The notes below the pieces were generated by a model, which worked only from the letters and a program-made list of their open reading frames with translations, did not search any database and was not told the origin of the DNA. A stretch of DNA of 64,000 nucleotides, taken from Chitinophagales bacterium (GTDB lineage Bacteria; Bacteroidota; Bacteroidia; Chitinophagales; Chitinophagaceae). Location: assembly GCA_030832645.1 (NCBI GenBank), contig JAURIR010000001.1, positions 1,333 to 65,332 on the forward strand, written 5' to 3'. The position numbers and the translations under genes are program-made. Numbering within the stretch: the first letter of the stretch is position 1; every line of letters starts with the position of its first letter. Of the stretch, positions 18,306 to 27,980 are shown piece by piece.

Positions 18306-19637
18306 TCAACTTTTTCTAAATGTCCATTTTATCATTTCTTTCCATGTAACTTTCTTACCGTACATGAGAATGCCTGTTCGGTAAATTTTTCCGGCAAACC
18401 ATGTGGTGAAAATAAATCCTCCGATGAGGCTGATCATGGATGCAGCCAATTGCCAGTAAGGAACTGTAGCAGGCACGCCAAATGGAATGCGCCCCATCAT
18501 TATAATAGGAGAGGTAAATGGTATGATGCTGGTCCACACCGACATGTTGCTACTGGGATTCGCCAACACTCCGTTTAAGATCACAAAAGAGAAAATGATC
18601 GGCATTGTGATAGGAAGCATTAGTTGTTGGGCTTCCTGAGGGTCTTCGTTGATTACACTTCCAACAGCTGCAAAGAGCGATGCATAAAAAAGGTAGCCTC
18701 CGAGAAAATAAAATAAAAAGAATCCGATGATCATCAGCCAATTGACTCCTTCTGTCAATGTAGTTTTTGCCTCCAATATTTTAGCAGCCATGGTAGCATT
18801 GTTGATTGTACCGGGAGGCATCTGACTATTTTGAATAGTTTGTGCCTGTTGAATAGTCTCGACCGGAAGTATTACAGAAAGCGAAGTGGAAAGTGCAGTG
18901 ATGAGTGCAATCCATAAAAGCAGTTGCGTTAAACCCACGCCAGCTATACCTACAATTTTTCCTAGCATTAGTTCAAAGGGTTTGCAAGAGGAGATAATTA
19001 CCTCTGCAATACGGTTTGTTTTTTCCTCTGCAACACCTCGCATTACCATCGATCCAAAAATAAACATGGTCATATAAATAAGGATACCACTCCCAAAACC
19101 AATGCCATAGGCCAATCCCGCATTGGATTCCTTGGTCTTTCCTTTTTCATCGCTTACCAAATTTCTTACGGTTACATTTTCTTTGGACGCACTTGCAATG
19201 GAGTCGAGTGTAGATTTCTGTATTCCTCTTTCCAACAAGAGGTTGTTTTCCACTGCTTTATTTAACTGCCTGTCTATGTAATTTGTTTTTTCAAATCCTA
19301 ATTGTTTTTTGGAATGCAGATTCGCAACCAATTTTTCGTCTATAAGAGTTGGATACAATACTCCATCAAATCCTTTTTGGGTGAAATTCAGTGAATCGAC
19401 TCCTTGCGAGAATTCAAAAACCACATCACCTTCTTCTCCTTTTAAATTCTCTTTCAAGAAACCAGGATCGACTGCAATTGCAATTTTAACCTCTTCCCTA
19501 ATGGAAGCACCAAAATAAGCGGAGCCTACAATGAAGACAATGAAAATCAATGGCATCAAAATGGTCATCAATAAAAATCTTTTGTTGCTTACCCTTGTGA
19601 TGTATTCTCTTTGTATGATGAGTGAAACTTTGTTCAT
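18306..19637 (-). CDS. ABC-2 type (NatB-like) permease
   Basis: REYITRV, VMRGVAEEKTNRIAEVI, LGKIVG, multiple TMs. Confidence 0.9.
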   Translation of the reverse strand: MNKVSLIIQREYITRVSNKRFLLMTILMPLIFIVFIVGSAYFGASIREEVKIAIAVDPGFLKENLKGEEGDVVFEFSQGVDSLNFTQKGFDGVLYPTLIDEKLVANLHSKKQLGFEKTNYIDRQLNKAVENNLLLERGIQKSTLDSIASASKENVTVRNLVSDEKGKTKESNAGLAYGIGFGSGILIYMTMFIFGSMVMRGVAEEKTNRIAEVIISSCKPFELMLGKIVGIAGVGLTQLLLWIALITALSTSLSVILPVETIQQAQTIQNSQMPPGTINNATMAAKILEAKTTLTEGVNWLMIIGFFLFYFLGGYLFYASLFAAVGSVINEDPQEAQQLMLPITMPIIFSFVILNGVLANPSSNMSVWTSIIPFTSPIIMMGRIPFGVPATVPYWQLAASMISLIGGFIFTTWFAGKIYRTGILMYGKKVTWKEMIKWTFRKS

Positions 19638-19651
19638 AGTAATATGCGTTG

Positions 19652-20587
19652 TTAAGATGCTTGAAATTGTCTTGTTTCGGGGGTGCCTTGAACAAGTTCA
19701 ATAAAAATATCGTTCAGTGAAGGGAGCACTTCGTTGAAAGAACGAATGTTCAGTTGCTGGTCTATGAAGTATCGAATTATTTCGTTGTTACTGAACTCTG
19801 CATTGATCTTCAATTTCACTTTATGTTGTTCCATGGATTGCAAACTGAATAAATGCGTTGCTGTATGTTCGGGAAGTAAGAGGCCGTCCAGTTCAATTTC
19901 AAAAATATTTTTCTTGAAGCGTTGTTTAATTTCTCCAACTCCGCCATCGAGAATTTTTTTACCCTTATTTACCAGCACAATGTGATCGCAAATTTCTTCT
20001 ACCTGTTCCATTCTGTGTGTACTGAATATAATGGTTGCACCTTCTTGCGCCAGCTTAAAAATTTCGTCTTTGATCAGGTTTGCATTGACGGGATCCAGTC
20101 CGCTGAAAGGCTCGTCCAATATGATTAAATCGGGGTGGTGAAGAACGGTCGTTACAAATTGAAGCTTTTGGCTCATGCCCTTGCTGAGGTCCTCCACTTT
20201 CTTGTTCCACCAACTCTCCATATGAAATTTCACAAACCAATCTTTGATTTTTTCCTTTGCTTCTTTTTTATCGAGGCCTTTCAATTGTGCCAGGTACATC
20301 ACCTGATCGCCGATTTTCATTTTCTTATACAGGCCTCTTTCCTCTGGCATGTATCCAATGTTCGAAACATCTTTGAGTGGATTGAAATGATTTCCATTCA
20401 ATAAAATAGTTCCTTCATCAGGGTAAAAAATTCCAGTGATCATTCTGAGCAATGTCGTTTTACCTGCTCCGTTGGGACCCAACAATCCAAAAATCGAACC
20501 CTTTCGAATGGAGAAGCTTATATCGTCCACTGCTTTTTGTCCTGAAAAATATTTTTTCAGTTGCTGGACTTCTAGAACTGTATTCAT
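19652..20587 (-). CDS. ABC transporter ATP-binding protein (NatA-like, DUF4162-type C-terminus)
   Basis: GPNGAGKT, LSKGMSQK, LDEPFSGLD, PSLNDIFI. Confidence 0.92.
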   Translation of the reverse strand: MNTVLEVQQLKKYFSGQKAVDDISFSIRKGSIFGLLGPNGAGKTTLLRMITGIFYPDEGTILLNGNHFNPLKDVSNIGYMPEERGLYKKMKIGDQVMYLAQLKGLDKKEAKEKIKDWFVKFHMESWWNKKVEDLSKGMSQKLQFVTTVLHHPDLIILDEPFSGLDPVNANLIKDEIFKLAQEGATIIFSTHRMEQVEEICDHIVLVNKGKKILDGGVGEIKQRFKKNIFEIELDGLLLPEHTATHLFSLQSMEQHKVKLKINAEFSNNEIIRYFIDQQLNIRSFNEVLPSLNDIFIELVQGTPETRQFQAS

Positions 20588-20616
20588 GCTATAAAATTAC
20601 TGAAAAGTGAAGTGGA

Positions 20617-22230
20617 CTAACCGATTTTGTGATGAACGGCACCGATCATTTTTGCCACTCTCGTACCATCCATCGCAGCACTGACAATACCGCCTGCATA
20701 CCCTGCACCTTCGCCGCAAGGATAGAAATTTATAAGCTGCGGGTGATGCAGTTTCTCTTCGTCTCTTGGAATTCTTACTGGAGAGGATGTTCTGCTTTCA
20801 GGAGCAACAATGATGGCTTCTTCCGTAAAGTAGCCTTTCATTTTTTTTCCAAACGATTTAAATCCTTCACGCAGCGTTGTGGTTATAAAATCAGGAAGCA
20901 CTTCCTGGAGGTCAATGGAATGCACACCTCTTATATATGAGTTGTCTGGTAAGCTGTTGGATGTTTTTCCATTCACAAAATCAGTCATCCTCTGTGCAGG
21001 TGCAACAAATTTTCCTCCACCCGATGCAAATGCTTTTCTCTCCACCATTTCCTGGAAAGCAAGTAGTGTCATCTTGTCGTTTACTTGTTGTGTTTCCCAT
21101 CTCCTTTGTCCCTTGTCCCTTGTTTCCTTCATTGCATCCTTCAATTCAACCTGGACAACCATTCCAGAATTTGCGAATGGATTGTTTCTTTTGGAAGGGC
21201 TCCATCCATTCACTACCAATTCATTTTGCGAGGTAGAGGCAGTTGCAATAATTCCTCCCGGGCACATGCAGAAAGAGAATACGCCTCTTTGTTGCACCTG
21301 CTCCACTAATTGGTACGCAGCTGGAGGTAGGAACGCACCTCTGCCCTGCCAAACAGGACAATGGTATTGAATGGAGTCGATTAGTTGTTGAGGATGCTCA
21401 ATTCTTACTCCAAATGCAAAGGGCTTTGCTTCGATCAGGATATTTTTTTTATCGAGTAGGAAGAAAATATCTTTTGCTGAGTGTCCCGTTGCGAGTAGTA
21501 CGTTTTCTGCTTCAAATTTTTCGCCCGTTGAAGTCTGTACTGCAGTGATCAGATTATTTTGGATGATGAAATCATTCACTCTCTGATTGAAATGCACTTC
21601 ACCACCTGCGGCAATAATTTGTTCCCTGATGGCTTGAATGATACCCGGTAATTTATTGGTGCCGATATGCGGATGAGCAGTATAGACAATAGAAGGATCT
21701 GCGCCAAAATGAACAAAGAGTTGTAAAATTTTATCGATGTTGCCTCGTTTGTTGCTACGCGTATATAGCTTTCCGTCGCTGTAGGTTCCCGCTCCGCCCT
21801 CACCAAAGCAATAATTACTGTCTTCGTTTAAAACCCCTTCTCTATTTAGTTCCGCCAAATCTCTTCTTCGTTCTCTTACGTTTTTACCTCTTTCAATTAG
21901 GATAGGTTTGATGCCCAGCTGTATCAATTCGAGTGCAGCGAAGAGTCCTGCCGGTCCTGCTCCAATTATAATTGTACGATGCGGAGATTTCCTTACGTCG
22001 GGGAAAGCAAAGTTGGGAAGGGTGAACTCATGAAAAGGTTCGTCGACAAAAGCATTCAGCTTGAGATTGATTTTTATCTCTTGCTTTCTGGCGTCGATCG
22101 ATTTTTTTAAAATCTGGTATCCGGTTATTTTTTTCGGATGAACAGCAAGCTCCTTTGCTACTGCAAGATTGATAGTAGCAGCATCGGCTGCATCTTTCGG
22201 AGAAAGTTGCAAAAGAATTTCCTGCTGCAT
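20617..22230 (-). CDS. FAD-dependent oxidoreductase of unknown function (COG2509-like)
   Basis: IIGAGPAG, FGEGGAGTYSDGKL, FCMCPGG, ESRTSSP, GEGAGYAGGIVSAA. Confidence 0.85.
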   Translation of the reverse strand: MQQEILLQLSPKDAADAATINLAVAKELAVHPKKITGYQILKKSIDARKQEIKINLKLNAFVDEPFHEFTLPNFAFPDVRKSPHRTIIIGAGPAGLFAALELIQLGIKPILIERGKNVRERRRDLAELNREGVLNEDSNYCFGEGGAGTYSDGKLYTRSNKRGNIDKILQLFVHFGADPSIVYTAHPHIGTNKLPGIIQAIREQIIAAGGEVHFNQRVNDFIIQNNLITAVQTSTGEKFEAENVLLATGHSAKDIFFLLDKKNILIEAKPFAFGVRIEHPQQLIDSIQYHCPVWQGRGAFLPPAAYQLVEQVQQRGVFSFCMCPGGIIATASTSQNELVVNGWSPSKRNNPFANSGMVVQVELKDAMKETRDKGQRRWETQQVNDKMTLLAFQEMVERKAFASGGGKFVAPAQRMTDFVNGKTSNSLPDNSYIRGVHSIDLQEVLPDFITTTLREGFKSFGKKMKGYFTEEAIIVAPESRTSSPVRIPRDEEKLHHPQLINFYPCGEGAGYAGGIVSAAMDGTRVAKMIGAVHHKIG

Positions 22231-22245
22231 AAGATAGTGGCCAAT

Positions 22246-22629
22246 TTAGAAAGGCAAATCGTCTGCTACGCCGTGTTGACTCTCAGGATCGGGTGCGAAA
22301 GCTGGAGGAGTGTCTGCAGCCCCTGAATGTCCGCTCATGCTGATTTGCTCAATTCTCCATGCATCCAAATTGGTTATGTAGTTGGTTTGTCCGTTTTTTT
22401 CCCACTTCGAGCCCTTGATGTTGAAGTGTACTTTAACACCATCTCCCATTTTGAAGCGGTCCAAGATGGCGGTTCTGTCTTGAACGGTTTGGAACTTCAC
22501 AAAGTTGGTGATGGTTCTACCATTGATATCTTCGTTTGTTTCTACAACAAATTCTCTTGTTTTAAAGGTTGCACTGCGTTGAACGGTTTCACCGATGCTA
22601 ACAATTTTACCAGAAAGATCAAATCCCAT
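22246..22629 (-). CDS. DUF3127-like OB-fold protein with an SSB-like C-terminal tail
   Basis: FKTREFVV...VKVHFNIKG.KW...YITNLDAWRI core; linker ending DDLPF. Confidence 0.8.
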   Translation of the reverse strand: MGFDLSGKIVSIGETVQRSATFKTREFVVETNEDINGRTITNFVKFQTVQDRTAILDRFKMGDGVKVHFNIKGSKWEKNGQTNYITNLDAWRIEQISMSGHSGAADTPPAFAPDPESQHGVADDLPF

Positions 22630-22725
22630 GACTCAAATTATTTGGGCGAAGTTATTGTATTCTTTACGTAGTTTGAAATCTCCTCTCGTTGAAAAGTGAT
22701 TAGTTTTGCATTCATATTTCCAATT

Positions 22726-23463
22726 ATGCGAAAACTCTTTCTTTCCCTTTCTGTTGTTCTCCTTTTATTCTCCTGTCATTCGGTTCAACAGCTACAATCT
22801 ATTCGCTTTAAAGATTATGTGGTTGCACGGACTCAGCCTGTTGATTCTTCGTATCTGGCCATGTTAAAGGGGTACAGCGACAGTGTCAATAAAACAATGA
22901 ATGAGTTTTTGGTAGAAAACGAGGCCGATCTGGTGAAGGAAACTCCCAATAGCAGTTTAGGTAATTTTTTAGCAGATGCATACTTATGGGGGGCTAAAAC
23001 CAATGTAGACCCAAGGGCCGAAATAGCGTTTATGAATCATGGCGGAGTGAGAATCAATCGGCTGCTGCATGGCGGAATCACACGACGACAAGTGTACGAA
23101 GTGATGCCCTTTGACAATATTCTTATTGTTGTTGAAGTAAAAGGGGCTATTCTGCGCACATACCTCGACAGAATCGCCCAAGAAGGCGGGGGAGGGGGTG
23201 TTGCAGGGCTGAGTATGCGCATTCAAGATAATAAAGCGGTAGATATATTGATCAATGGGCAGCCGATAGACCTCGATCGCACCTATTACATGGTTAATTC
23301 AGATTATCAGGTAGATGGTGGAGGTGGTTTCAACGCGTTTAGAAAGCTTCCTCAAAACCGTTCCACTTATTTACAAAGAGATGCAATCATTGATTACTGT
23401 AAATCGTTGCATCTGGAAGGAAAAAAATACACAGCACAACCCAAAACCAGGATTCGAAAATGA
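22726..23463 (+). CDS. 5'-nucleotidase C-terminal domain lipoprotein
   Basis: Lipobox LFSC; SSLGNFLADA, NHGGVR, YEVMPFDN, SDY..DGG; start moved to ATG 22726; TAGTTTTG at 22701-22708. Confidence 0.87.
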   Translation: MRKLFLSLSVVLLLFSCHSVQQLQSIRFKDYVVARTQPVDSSYLAMLKGYSDSVNKTMNEFLVENEADLVKETPNSSLGNFLADAYLWGAKTNVDPRAEIAFMNHGGVRINRLLHGGITRRQVYEVMPFDNILIVVEVKGAILRTYLDRIAQEGGGGGVAGLSMRIQDNKAVDILINGQPIDLDRTYYMVNSDYQVDGGGGFNAFRKLPQNRSTYLQRDAIIDYCKSLHLEGKKYTAQPKTRIRK

Positions 23464-24380
23464 ACAGAAGAAAATTTTTAATGAATGGCACATTGGCTTC
23501 AGGAGCCATGTTGCTGCATACCAGCGATTTTGCGATGGAGCAAACCCAGCGCTTGACCATTCTTCATACAAATGATGTGCACAGCAGATTGGATCCATTT
23601 CCGAATGACGGAACTCAAAATGCTGGTAAAGGAGGGGTTGCAGCAAGGGCTAAACTGATTCAAAAAATAAGGAGTGTAGTTGAACATGTATTGCTTTTGG
23701 ATGCAGGCGATATTTTTCAAGGGACACCTTACTTTAATATATTCAAAGGAGAGCCTGAGATGAGGGCGATGCAGATGATGGGATACGACGCCGGCATCAT
23801 GGGAAACCATGATTTTGATGCAGGGATGGAAAATTTTGCCAAGCAACTGGTAAGCCATGGAAAATTTCCGATCGTGATGTGCAATTATGGATTTGAGAGA
23901 ACACCCATGGAGAATTTGTATGTGCCGTACAAAATTTTTACCAAAGGAAAATTGAAAATTGGTATTACAGGAGTGGGTATTGAAATGCAAGGATTGGTTC
24001 CAGAAAATTTATTCGGGCAAACGATCTATCAAGATCCCATACCTGCTGCAAGCCGCATTGCATCTGAATTGAAGAAGAATGGATGCGACATGGTTATTTG
24101 TATTTCACATTTAGGAGATCGTTACGGAGACAACAAAGTGAGTGATGAAGTATTAGCAAAAGAATCCGAAAACATAGATTTGATCATTGGTGGGCATACG
24201 CATCGGTTCTTTGAACAACCCAGAGAATATACTAATAAGGCGGGTAAAAAAGTAGTTGTAAATCAAGTAGGTTGGGGAGGGATTCAATTGGGCCGCTTAG
24301 ATTACGAATTTTCTCGTGGAGGGGCAAAAAATTTAGAAAAAAATCAAGCAATTTCAGTCGAGAAAAATATTGTGGAATAA
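23460..24380 (+). CDS. 5'-nucleotidase N-terminal metallophosphatase domain with Tat signal
   Basis: MNRRKFL Tat motif; HTNDVHS, DAGDIFQG, GNHDFD, SHLG, GGHTH. Confidence 0.9.
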   Translation: MNRRKFLMNGTLASGAMLLHTSDFAMEQTQRLTILHTNDVHSRLDPFPNDGTQNAGKGGVAARAKLIQKIRSVVEHVLLLDAGDIFQGTPYFNIFKGEPEMRAMQMMGYDAGIMGNHDFDAGMENFAKQLVSHGKFPIVMCNYGFERTPMENLYVPYKIFTKGKLKIGITGVGIEMQGLVPENLFGQTIYQDPIPAASRIASELKKNGCDMVICISHLGDRYGDNKVSDEVLAKESENIDLIIGGHTHRFFEQPREYTNKAGKKVVVNQVGWGGIQLGRLDYEFSRGGAKNLEKNQAISVEKNIVE

Positions 24381-24407
24381 AAAATTTTTTTTTCTCGAAA
24401 CTGAATA

Positions 24408-24415
24408 TATATTCG
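24408..24415 (+). promoter_or_regulatory. Probable dnaA promoter -7 element
   Basis: TATATTCG, identical to the element before dnaB; implies a ~215-nt leader. Confidence 0.5.
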
Positions 24416-24534
24416 CCATCTGACTCGATTTTAGCAAGTGAAATATTGAACATGTGAAGAAGCGTTGAAACCGACTCAAAACAAGACCCGAAATAATCAA
24501 CTATATACGCAGTAGATTGAAAGTGTGAGAAGGA

Positions 24535-24576
24535 ATGGCAGTAACCAACGTCGCTGTAATTAGTCCTGTGCATTGA
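24535..24576 (+). CDS. Candidate dnaA leader peptide MAVTNVAVISPVH
   Basis: ATG GCA GTA ACC AAC GTC GCT GTA ATT AGT CCT GTG CAT TGA after purine-rich GAGAAGGA; translation unproven. Confidence 0.35.
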   Translation: MAVTNVAVISPVH

Positions 24577-24632
24577 TTTTTCAGAGGTCATTAAACTTAA
24601 AACCCATCAAAATCTAAACCTCGTTAGGACTA

Positions 24633-26066
24633 ATGGAAAAACCTTTTGAAAAAGTTTGGAGCAGTTGTTTAACAATCATAAAGGATATTGTGGAATGGCA
24701 ACATTTCAAAACATGGTTCGAGCCGATCAAACCTGTCGCTTTAAAAGGTAATGTTCTAACTATTCAGGTACCCAGTCAATTTTTTTACGAATACATTGAG
24801 GAGCACTACATCAACCTCCTCGCCAAAACACTTAAAAGAGAGTTAGGCAAGGACGCACAATTGGAGTATAGGATAATGGTTGATAGTGGTAACGATCAGT
24901 CGAAGCCATTGACCATGGATGTTCCGGGTCAAAACTTCAAGAGTTTCTCTAATAATGAGATGGATTTTCCGTTGGTTGTAAATAACCACGTGAGGAATCC
25001 TTTTGTGATACCTGGTTTAAAGAAGATGCAGATTGACTCTCAACTCAATCCCATCTACACGTTCGATGCATTTGTGGAGGGTGACTGCAACAGGGTAGCC
25101 AGACGTGCTGGTAAAACTGTAGCGGAGAAACCTGGTGCCACTTCATTCAACCCTTTGGTGGTTTATGGAGGGGTAGGTTTAGGAAAATCACATTTGGTAC
25201 AAGCCATTGGCAACGAGGTGAAGCGCTTGCATCCCAACAAGGTGGTATTGTATGTGAGTTCAGAAAAATTCATCAACCAGTTCCAAGATCATAGCAGAAA
25301 CAATGCGATCAATGACTTTATTCATTTCTATCAACTGATTGATGTATTGATCATCGACGATGTTCAGTTTTTCAACCGTGCAGAAAAGACACAAGATGCC
25401 TTTTTTGCCATCTTCAATCATTTGCATCAGTCTGGAAAACAATTGATACTAAGCTCAGACAAGCCGCCAAAAGATTTAGAGGGAATGCAAGAAAGATTGT
25501 TGAGCCGTTTCAGATGGGGCCTAAGCGCAGATTTGCAGGTACCTGACTACGAGACCAGGATTGAGATTCTTGAGAGAAAGATGAAAAACAACGGCTTGGA
25601 TCTTCCAAAGGATGTCGTGAAATACATTGCTTACAACATACAAAACAATGTGAGAGAATTGGAAGGTGCATTGATTTCGCTTTTAGCACAATCTTCTTTG
25701 AACAAGCGTGAAATTGATCTTGATCTTGCGAAAAAGGTGTTGCGCAATTTCATCAAAACTTCTTCAAAAGAAATCACGATCGATACCATCCAGAAAATGG
25801 TTTGCGAATTTTTCGACTTGCCCTATGACCGTTTGTTGCAAAAAACCAGAAAAAGGGAAATTGTACAAGCACGTCAAATTACTATGTACCTGGCTAAAAT
25901 TTTCACCAAAAATTCTCTTAAAACCATTGGAGAACATTTTGGAGGAAGAGATCATACAACGGTTATCCATTCATGCCAAACCGTAAAGGATCTGATGGAT
26001 ACAGATAACATGTTCCGTGAAAGCGTGATGGAGCTTCAGCAGAAGGTTCAGTTGGCTGCCATGTAA
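24633..26066 (+). CDS. dnaA: Chromosomal replication initiator DnaA
   Basis: FKTWFEPI, FNPLVVYGGVGLGKSHL, IIDDVQF, RLLSRF, NVRELEG, GGRDHTTVIH. Confidence 0.98.
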   Translation: MEKPFEKVWSSCLTIIKDIVEWQHFKTWFEPIKPVALKGNVLTIQVPSQFFYEYIEEHYINLLAKTLKRELGKDAQLEYRIMVDSGNDQSKPLTMDVPGQNFKSFSNNEMDFPLVVNNHVRNPFVIPGLKKMQIDSQLNPIYTFDAFVEGDCNRVARRAGKTVAEKPGATSFNPLVVYGGVGLGKSHLVQAIGNEVKRLHPNKVVLYVSSEKFINQFQDHSRNNAINDFIHFYQLIDVLIIDDVQFFNRAEKTQDAFFAIFNHLHQSGKQLILSSDKPPKDLEGMQERLLSRFRWGLSADLQVPDYETRIEILERKMKNNGLDLPKDVVKYIAYNIQNNVRELEGALISLLAQSSLNKREIDLDLAKKVLRNFIKTSSKEITIDTIQKMVCEFFDLPYDRLLQKTRKREIVQARQITMYLAKIFTKNSLKTIGEHFGGRDHTTVIHSCQTVKDLMDTDNMFRESVMELQQKVQLAAM

Positions 26067-26155
26067 TTGTACTTTATCTTATAGGTAACACAAATCTTTT
26101 GGGGATTGAGGAGTCTTTAGTAATTTCGCCCTCCCTGAAACGATAGGTTTCAGAC

Positions 26156-26244
26156 GGTGGGGTGGATGAGTGGCTGAAATCAGTAGTTTGCTAAACTGCC
26201 GTACGGGTAACTCTGTACCGCGGGTTCGAATCCCGCCCCCACCG
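26156..26244 (+). tRNA. tRNA-Ser(GCT), CCA not encoded
   Basis: Acceptor GGTGGGG/CCCCACC, anticodon arm GTAGT-TTGCTAA-ACTGC, long variable arm, GGTTCGAATCC; -7-like TAATTTCG at 26121-26128. Confidence 0.95.
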
Positions 26245-26259
26245 CAGTTTAAACATATT

Positions 26260-26334
26260 CGGGGCGTAGCGTAGCCCGGTTATCGCGCCTGGTTTGGGAC
26301 CAGGAGGTCGCAAGTTCGAATCTTGCCGCCCCGA
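26260..26334 (+). tRNA. tRNA-Pro(TGG), CCA not encoded
   Basis: Acceptor CGGGGCG/CGCCCCG, anticodon arm CCTGG-TTTGGGA-CCAGG, GTTCGAATC T-loop. Confidence 0.95.
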
Positions 26335-26341
26335 CAGAAAG

Positions 26342-26370
26342 AAAAGCTGGCACTTTGTGCTGGCTTTTTT
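26342..26370 (+). terminator. Intrinsic terminator after the tRNA pair
   Basis: AAGCTGGCAC-TTT-GTGCTGGCTT stem (with G-U pairs) and T-run. Confidence 0.7.
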
Positions 26371-26424
26371 CATTTATACCCATCGGTTCTATCAAAGATT
26401 CTCCTTACATTCAGAAAAAAAAAT

Positions 26425-27975
26425 ATGTTAAGGAAAGCCTGCCTCTTACCACTCGCTTTACTCACTTTTTTCATAGCCATCGCACAAGAAAAAGTGGATC
26501 AACAAATGATCTCCAAGATCAGGGAACAAGCATTGAATAAATCCAAGGTAATGGACATTGCCTTGCATTTGACTGATTTAAACGGCAATCGATTGGCCAA
26601 TTCCCCTGGTTACAAAAGAGCTGCTGCATACGCAGTGGATTTTTTAAAGTCTATTGGTATTGATAACGCCAGCCAAGAGGCGTGGGGCGAATTCGGAAAA
26701 GGGTGGGAGTTGGAGAAAGCATATTTCGCGATGACCGCACCTTACTATAAACCTATATTGGCATATCCCAAAACCTGGACTGCAGGTACAAAAGGACTTA
26801 AACATGCTGAGGTATTGGTGGTTGACATGAAAGATTCACTCTCGCTACTCAATTATAAAGGAAAACTCAAAAATAAAGTGATTCTTCCTGATATGAGCTA
26901 TGCGTACAACCAAAGTTTTAAAGCAGATGCTGTTCGATACTCAGAAGAGGATCTTCAAAAAATGGCAGCTGCTTCAGCACCCGGTGGGGGCCGTCAGCAA
27001 CGAGATACTGCACAGATGAGACGCATGCGTGAACAAATGCAGAGAAACATGGCTCCACAGCGACTTTTGACCATTCTAAAAAATATGGCAAAAGAAGAAG
27101 GCGCCATTGCAATCTTGAGTTCATCCACCCGTAATCATGATGGAACCATTTTTGCTCAGGGAGGAGGAACCTACAAAGCAACCGATCCGGATAACTTCTT
27201 AGATATGGTATTGGGTGTAGAAGACTACAATACCTTATTGCGTATTTCAAAAAGCGGCGTGAATGTCGGAGTAGACGCAGATGTCAAAACAACTTTTTAT
27301 AAAGATGATTTAAATGGATACAATGTGATCGCAGAAATTCCAGGTACAGATCCCGTTTTGAAAGACGAGGTGGTGATGATTGGAGCTCACCTCGATTCGT
27401 GGCAGACGGGTACTGGTGCAACCGACAATGCTTCAGGTTCATCTGTAATGCTAGAGGTCATGCGCATTCTAAAATCTCTCAACGTGCAACCAAGAAGAAC
27501 CATTCGCATTGGATTGTGGAGCGCAGAAGAGCAAGGTTTACTTGGTTCCAGGGCCTACGTGGCAAAAACGTTTGGTGGAAATGCTACCAATCCTAAAACA
27601 TCCGCGTACGATAAATTTTCTTCTTACTTCAATATTGACAATGGAACAGGAAAAGTGAGAGGCATCTATTTACAAGGAAACGAAGCATGCAAAGATATTT
27701 TTGCATCCTGGCTGGAGCCCTTCAAAGATTTAGGTGCAACCACTGTTACCATCAGCAATACAGGCGGCACCGACCACCAGTCTTTTGATGGCGTCGGTTT
27801 ACCCGGATTTCAATTCATCCAAGATGAAATCGAATACGATACAAGAACCCATCACAGCAACATGGATGTATACGATCATTTAATTGAAAGCGACCTGAAG
27901 CAAATTGCAGCCATCGTTTGTTCATTTGCTTACCATGCTGCACAGCGCGACGAAAAATTACCAAGAAAAAAATAG
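26425..27975 (+). CDS. Secreted M28-family peptidase (carboxypeptidase Q-like)
   Basis: Signal peptide; GAHLDSW, GATDNASG, WSAEEQGLLG, NIDNG, TDHQSF, HHSNMD; start moved to ATG 26425. Confidence 0.9.
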   Translation: MLRKACLLPLALLTFFIAIAQEKVDQQMISKIREQALNKSKVMDIALHLTDLNGNRLANSPGYKRAAAYAVDFLKSIGIDNASQEAWGEFGKGWELEKAYFAMTAPYYKPILAYPKTWTAGTKGLKHAEVLVVDMKDSLSLLNYKGKLKNKVILPDMSYAYNQSFKADAVRYSEEDLQKMAAASAPGGGRQQRDTAQMRRMREQMQRNMAPQRLLTILKNMAKEEGAIAILSSSTRNHDGTIFAQGGGTYKATDPDNFLDMVLGVEDYNTLLRISKSGVNVGVDADVKTTFYKDDLNGYNVIAEIPGTDPVLKDEVVMIGAHLDSWQTGTGATDNASGSSVMLEVMRILKSLNVQPRRTIRIGLWSAEEQGLLGSRAYVAKTFGGNATNPKTSAYDKFSSYFNIDNGTGKVRGIYLQGNEACKDIFASWLEPFKDLGATTVTISNTGGTDHQSFDGVGLPGFQFIQDEIEYDTRTHHSNMDVYDHLIESDLKQIAAIVCSFAYHAAQRDEKLPRKK

Positions 27976-27980
27976 TCACT

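Noticed and set aside
24371-24632. oriC directly upstream of dnaA
   Set aside because: Only scattered weak boxes (TGTGGAATA 24371, TGTGAAGAA 24453) and no cluster; better read as promoter plus leader, perhaps with autoregulation
26191-26424. ORF 26191..26373 (-) and the N-terminal extension of the M28 peptidase from 26323
   Set aside because: They run through the tRNA genes and terminator and are not coding
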